Shown here: one piece after another, positions 59,156 to 64,000 of the stretch
Layout of the letters: each line of letters starts with the position of its first letter
Numbering within the stretch: position 1 is the first letter of the stretch
The notes under the pieces: generated by a model
Told to the model about the DNA's origin: nothing
Seen by the model: the letters and a program-made list of their open reading frames with translations, nothing else
Database searches by the model: none
Source: Marsupella aquatica
Taxonomy: Eukaryota > Plantae > Marchantiophyta
DNA: 64,000 bases
NCBI GenBank assembly: GCA_973895155.1
Contig: OZ316894.1
Span: 14,213,680-14,277,679, forward strand
Direction of reading: 5' to 3'
Position numbers and translations under genes: made by a program

Positions 59156-61033
59156 GGCGCCCCCTAGTGTGAAGGCAGAGCCGTCCATTTCTTCCCAGAT
59201 CCACAACTCTCCTCCGTGTGATTCAAATGGAGTGTTTGAGCGGGCAGGGCTAGTGCACGGCATTCTGCTGCGTGGGAGGTCTATTTTGGCAAGACGGGAT
59301 GGTGTTTTTAAAAATGCCGTGACTGTCCCGGTGGGGATGAAAATATCCCCCTACAGTCTTCCCTGTAGTAAAACCCTCACCAGACAATTGTTTGTCGCGT
59401 TCGATGGGGATGCTCTTAGAAAGCTATTTCAAAGCCTCTCCAACTAACCCTAGAGCAACTAGTTTGAATGACTATAGACCCACATATTGAAGCAAAAACT
59501 TTGCCCATAGACCACTTTTGGACGTGAAAATAGTGCACAATGAGTTGGAACTACCATCTTCTTTCTAACGTCATGGCATTGTGCTCAAAAATGGATTTTT
59601 TTTAGTCCCAAGACAAAACAAAACATTTGGACTCAAACATGACCTCTTTTTAGCACAACACCATTGCGCCATGTGTTGAATATTGGTGTTGTGTTCAAAG
59701 TTTGTCTTTGTGTTTGAGTTTTGACCCTACACTATTCTACATTGAACACAATAGTAAAAATTTAAGAATCATAGGGCAATGTCAATATGTGAATCGTGAT
59801 GAACCTTGCCACCCAGAGCCCTTGGTGCCCAAACACCTTTGCAGAACTCCTTGAGCAAGCAACTTGATGCCCCTGATACCACCAGCGGCCACTCTCATAC
59901 AAAGCCGCACTTGCTCTCTGACACGACCATCGCTCAACGGTCCTCACTGTTTGCACAAGCAACCAAAGCACTCCAGTAAGTAACCTAAAAGGATCTAGAT
60001 CTCCCCAAGTCTAGCATCCTAACTCAAGCTCAATAGACATTGGTAAGTAGGTCAGCAATAGGTCCTCTCGTTGCTATAAGCCAGAACTAGAACAACCCCT
60101 TTTTGGGTGCAGCCCGGGTTCCCCCTCATATCTATCCATCACCAACTGACCGCCTTGCCCCCATGACATGCTCATGGGCCAAACAACGTAACTTGTCCTA
60201 AAGCTTGTCCCAAGCTTGTCTTAACACGCCAGGACCAGAATAGTCCCGACTCTAACAACCAACTCATGGTCCTCACTCAACTGATAGCTTAGGAGTTAAG
60301 TGCACTTGGAACTCAACCTCCATGCCTACTTGACCATACCTCCCCAATGCAAGCTCCCTTGGGAAACTAAACACGGCTTGGCTGCTATTTCAGCATGATT
60401 TGGCAAGCGGGCAAGATAGCCCAGGCAAACCCCAAGAATCCATGGCACCTCCATACTCAAATGAGCTCAAGAGGATATAGTCCTTCTTGAGAGCTTTCCA
60501 ATGCACCCAAGAAGTCCTCCAACGATGTCCGGGTGACTGTGTTTTCTGGTAAGAGCATGTTGGCTCTTAAAGTCAACCTTGCATGCCCATAAGTTCTACA
60601 CTAAAACCAAAATGATAACTCTAGTAAGAAGGGTAGTGGGTATTAAGAAAAGTTTAGGTGAAACTGATATACTATTAAATCCTACTTCACCATACTTGCG
60701 GACCAACACCTCTCGGAAATAATTTTTTCTACGATATATGATCTAATATCTCCAAGAGAAAATCAAACATGAATGTCATCTGGACTTGTATTCAGATCCA
60801 TGACTTTAATAGAGGATAAAGATAATGCACTTTTACTCCTCTTGGTAAGACACTACTAGGTATACTATTGGCTCGTTAGAACCCATAATATCAATTGCAA
60901 ATTAAGCTCCAAAATCATAGGTTAAATATTATCTCATGGATAGCTTATCTAAAAGATGGACTCTAATCAAAAATGAGTTATAGAAAAAAAGATTAGAGTT
61001 ATCTCTGTCTAGATTCATAATGGCTCTCTTGTT

Positions 61034-61245
61034 CCTTTGCCATCTGGGCCAAAGGATGCCCCACCCCTAAGTTCTCAAATAGATCTTGTTCCCTAAGATC
61101 TCATCTATAAGTCTACCACTCATTCTTTTGCCATCCAAGCCAAAAGATGCCCCACCCCTAAGTTCCCAAATCGACCTTGTTCCTAACGTCCTATCTACAA
61201 GTCTACCACTCATTCTTTTGCTATCCGGGCCAAAGAACGTCCCAC
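61034..61245. repeat. Tandem repeat, ~91-bp unit x ~2.3
   Basis: TTTGCCATC..GCCAAA.GATGCCCCACCCCTAAGTT...AAGTCTACCACTCATTC repeated. Confidence 0.85.
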
Positions 61246-61475
61246 TACTATGTACATAATCCAAAGAATAGAAAAAAAAGATGAGAGTTGGAACAAGGAT
61301 CGCTTTGACATGATAATTATCAAAATATGGGAATGAGGAGAGAGTGTTCCTCACTACTTTATTTATACTAAATCCAAGAGGGCATGGATTATGCCCAAAC
61401 TCTTGGATGAAGCCAAGTGACACACATCCAATGTAGGAATGTGTGCTAGTATTATTGTAATCAAAACAAATGATC

Positions 61476-61768
61476 CATGCAAATAAAACAACTAATGCAT
61501 GCATCTAAAATAAATTTGTGCATGCATGCATCTTGTAGCTTACATATTTGCTCACCTTGAATGCGCCTAAAATAACTAATGCATGCAAATAAAATAATTT
61601 GTATGTATCTAAAACAATTTGTGCATGCACCTTGTGGCTTGCATATTTGCGCACCTTGCATGCACATGAAACAACTATTACATGCAAATAAAAAATTTGC
61701 ACATGCATCTAAATAATTTGTGCATACATCTTGTGGCTTGCATAGTTGCTTACCTTGCATACACATAA
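61476..61768. repeat. AT-rich tandem repeat, ~100-bp unit x 3 (ATGCA-rich)
   Basis: CATGCAAATAAAA...ATCTAAA..AATTTGTGCAT..ATCTTGT.GCTT.CATA.TTGC..ACCTTG repeated three times. Confidence 0.85.
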
Positions 61769-62770
61769 GTAATAGTCAGACTATTTAGTTATACGGTAAC
61801 AAAATATAAACATAACTTATATACTTAATAATATACTTAGTGATAGTAATTTCATCAAGAATAATTGAATTATCATAACAATGGACTTCCCGTTGGAAAG
61901 TTATCGCTATTTTTGTCTGGCATTTCCCCTTAGTACATGTCGCGATCATCGCGACTCATAACTTTGGCTCACTCTTAGCCCCTAGGGAGACACCACTTCC
62001 CTCATATATACTTCTGGAGACTTGCCACCCCCGTACCTACTCTGTGCCCCAAATTTTAACCCCCACCTAGATCCCAACCCACGTTTGGGCATGCCATCGT
62101 TTGCTATGCCCATAACTTTCTAGTTAGGTGTCCGTAGGTAGAGTGCCTTAGCCCGTTGTGATGGGGCCAACCCATTGCTCATGCCTATGTCCTCAGAACC
62201 CATCATCGCTTGGGATGCCCGAGCGGCCAAACCTGGGTCGGGCCGTATCTCGTGCCCCAAGCGTCCGTTGCACATGAAATAAACTCCATTAACCTTGGGC
62301 CTAAGAGGAGCTCTCACTCAAGCCCTCAACACTCAAAGTTTATCCTGGGTCCGGACGGTTGACCTTGAGTCCGACCCTTTTCCATGACCTGACCAGCCCT
62401 CAGATAGTCTAAGTCCTTATTGTGCATCACCAGCTTAGCGCTTTGCCTTTGCCAGTGCAATGCCCAATTGCCCACAAGAGTTGTGGAACTCGACTGCCTT
62501 AGCTCCAGCATTGCTGACTTCAACACCAAGCTCCCTTATGGTCCAGGCCCGGATAGGCCATCCGAGGAGGACTTAGCATAGGGAGACTTGTGGGCAATGG
62601 GGCGTGGAACTAGCAAAGGCAAGCCGCTAAATTGGTGACACACACTAAGGACTTAGACTAGCTGAGGGCTGGTTGGGTCAAGGTGAAAGAGGCCAGGCTC
62701 AAGGTCAACCATCCGGACCCCCGGACGGACTTTGAGTGTTGAGGGCTTGAGTGATGGCTCCTCTTGGGCC

Positions 62771-63049
62771 CAAGGTTAATGGAGTTTATTTCATGTGCAA
62801 CGGATGCTTGGGGCACGAGATACGACCCAACCCAGGTTTGGCCGCTCAAGCATCCCAAGCGACAATGGGTTTTGAGGACATAGGCATGAGCACTAGGTTG
62901 GCCCAATCACAAGGCCAATGGAGTTGACTTCATGGGCAACTGACACTTGGGGTGTGAGTTATGGCCCAATCTGGGTTTGGCCGATCGAAGGGCCCAAGCG
63001 GCAATGAGATCTCAGGGCCTAAGCATGAGCACTAGGTTGGTCTGATCAC
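62771..63049. repeat. Two diverged ~139-bp modules in the right arm of the foldback (one copy in the left arm)
   Basis: CAAGG..AATGGAGTT...GGTTTGGCCG...GCATGAGCACTAGGTTGG....ATCAC at 62771-62909 and 62910-63049. Confidence 0.8.
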
Positions 63050-64000
63050 AACGGGCTAAGGCACTCCACTTGCAGACGCCTAACTAGAAAGTTATGGGCA
63101 TTGCGAGTTCGTGGTGCGCCCAGACATGCGGGTTGGGGTCCAGGTGGGGGGCCAAAATTTGAGGACCAAAGTTTGGGGACAAAAGTTGGTCCAGGGGTGG
63201 CAAGTCTCCAAATGCATATATGAGGGGAGTGGTGTCTCCCTGGGGGCTAAGGGCGAGCCAAAGTCGTGAAACGCGACGATCGCAACACTAAGGGAAAATG
63301 TCAAACGAAAACGGTGATAACCTCCCAATGGGAGGTCTGTTGGGGGAATTTTGGGGTGCGTTGGAAATCTCTTGAGGATCTCAGTTGGGTCTGGGGATGT
63401 CATAGGTTCTCAAGGTTTGCGGGGGCTATCTTGCCCGCTTGCCAAATCCTATCGAAACAGCAGCCAAGTCGCGTTCAATCTCTCAAGAGAGCTTGCATTG
63501 GAGAGGCAAAGCCAAGTAGGCATGGAGGTTGAGTTCCAAGGGCACTTGGCCCCTAGACCATCAATGGGGCGAGAAATAAGAGTTGGTTGCTAGAGTCGGG
63601 GCCACTCTGGTTCCGACGTGTTGGGACAAGCTTGGGACAAGCTTAGGACAAGCTTTAGGACAAGCTACGCTACTTGGGCCATGAGCATGTCTTGGGGCAG
63701 GGTGGTCAGTTGGTGATGGATAGGTACAAGGGCAAACCTGGGCTGCACCCAAGGCAGGAGCTGTTCTGGACAAACAGTGGGTGTTGGTTCTGGTTCCGAC
63801 TTATGGACCTATTGTTGACCTACTTACCAATATCTGTTGAGCTTGAGTTAGGATGCTAGACTTGGGAGATTTAGATCCTGAGGGGTTACTTACCAAGACG
63901 TCTTACCAAGACACTTGGTTGCTTGTGCAGACAATGAGGATCGCTGAGTAGGGGTTGTGTTAAAGAGCGAGTGCAGTTTTGTATGGGAGGGGCCGTCGGA

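Larger units (their letters stand above)
18932..59415 (+). mobile_element. Degenerate PIF/Harbinger DNA transposon (~4.7 kb without insertions), split by a LINE and a Copia
   Basis: Left TIR GAGCATCCGCA (18932) and right TIR TGGGGATGCTC (ends 59415) match 10/11. Flanks are TTT (left) and TTA (right), against the expected TTA/TAA TSD. The + strand DDE transposase and - strand Myb/SANT-like gene are convergent. Removing the LINE (16-bp TSD) and Copia (5-bp TSD) rejoins 21963/51896 and 51987/57865. Confidence 0.78.
59880..64000. repeat. Large imperfect palindrome (foldback-type repeat) centred ~62555
   Basis: 59880-60525 pairs with the reverse complement of 63330-64000 (e.g. CCCAAGTCTAGCATCCTAACTCAAGCTCAA / TTGAGCTTGAGTTAGGATGCTAGACTTGGG). 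61885-62480 pairs with 62585-63330. The centre is CCGGATAGGCCATCCG. Confidence 0.88.

Noticed and set aside
59631-59719. Imperfect hairpin (ACTCAAACA...GCACAACACCA / TGGTGTTGTG...TGTTTGAGT) as a miRNA precursor
   Set aside because: Pairing is short and interrupted, with no supporting evidence from sequence alone.
59870-59882. CTGATACCA resembling a reversed tRNA-Met PBS
   Set aside because: Incomplete match (no GCTCT) and no adjacent TG/CA LTR terminus or coding relic.
61034-61768. Spaced repeats as a CRISPR-like array
   Set aside because: Units are ~90-100-bp whole tandem copies without unique spacers; the context is eukaryotic and no cas genes are present.

Overview
Eukaryotic plant DNA, probably a non-seed plant such as a liverwort (inferred from gene and TE style, not proven). 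There is one host gene: a 10-exon FIP1-like polyadenylation factor on the minus strand (15342->7216), which contains a 14-aa repeat array. Nearly everything from 16.2 kb onward is transposon. A 40.5-kb nest can be reconstructed from TIRs and TSDs: a degenerate PIF/Harbinger element (18932-59415) contains a 5'-truncated LINE (21964-51879); that LINE contains a 24.3-kb CACTA/En-Spm element (23660-47926); the CACTA contains a second LINE of the same family (30688-37833). An intact Bianca-type Copia with identical LTRs (51988-57859) sits separately inside the Harbinger. The most unusual object is the CACTA. Besides an open TnpD and a TnpA-like gene, it carries a same-strand array of four small uninterrupted ORFs, most of them single-domain and host-like: a Cys/His-rich ORF, an EDM2-type PHD cluster, a tandem BRCT protein resembling the DNA polymerase lambda BRCT, and an F-box protein. 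This is a candidate transposon-borne host-modulation or anti-silencing kit. Also present: Copia relics at 1-1810 and 16196-18872, and a >4-kb modular foldback (palindromic) repeat at ~59.9-64 kb with a second family copy at ~1.8-2.5 kb. All protein family calls come from motifs recognised by eye; no database search was run.
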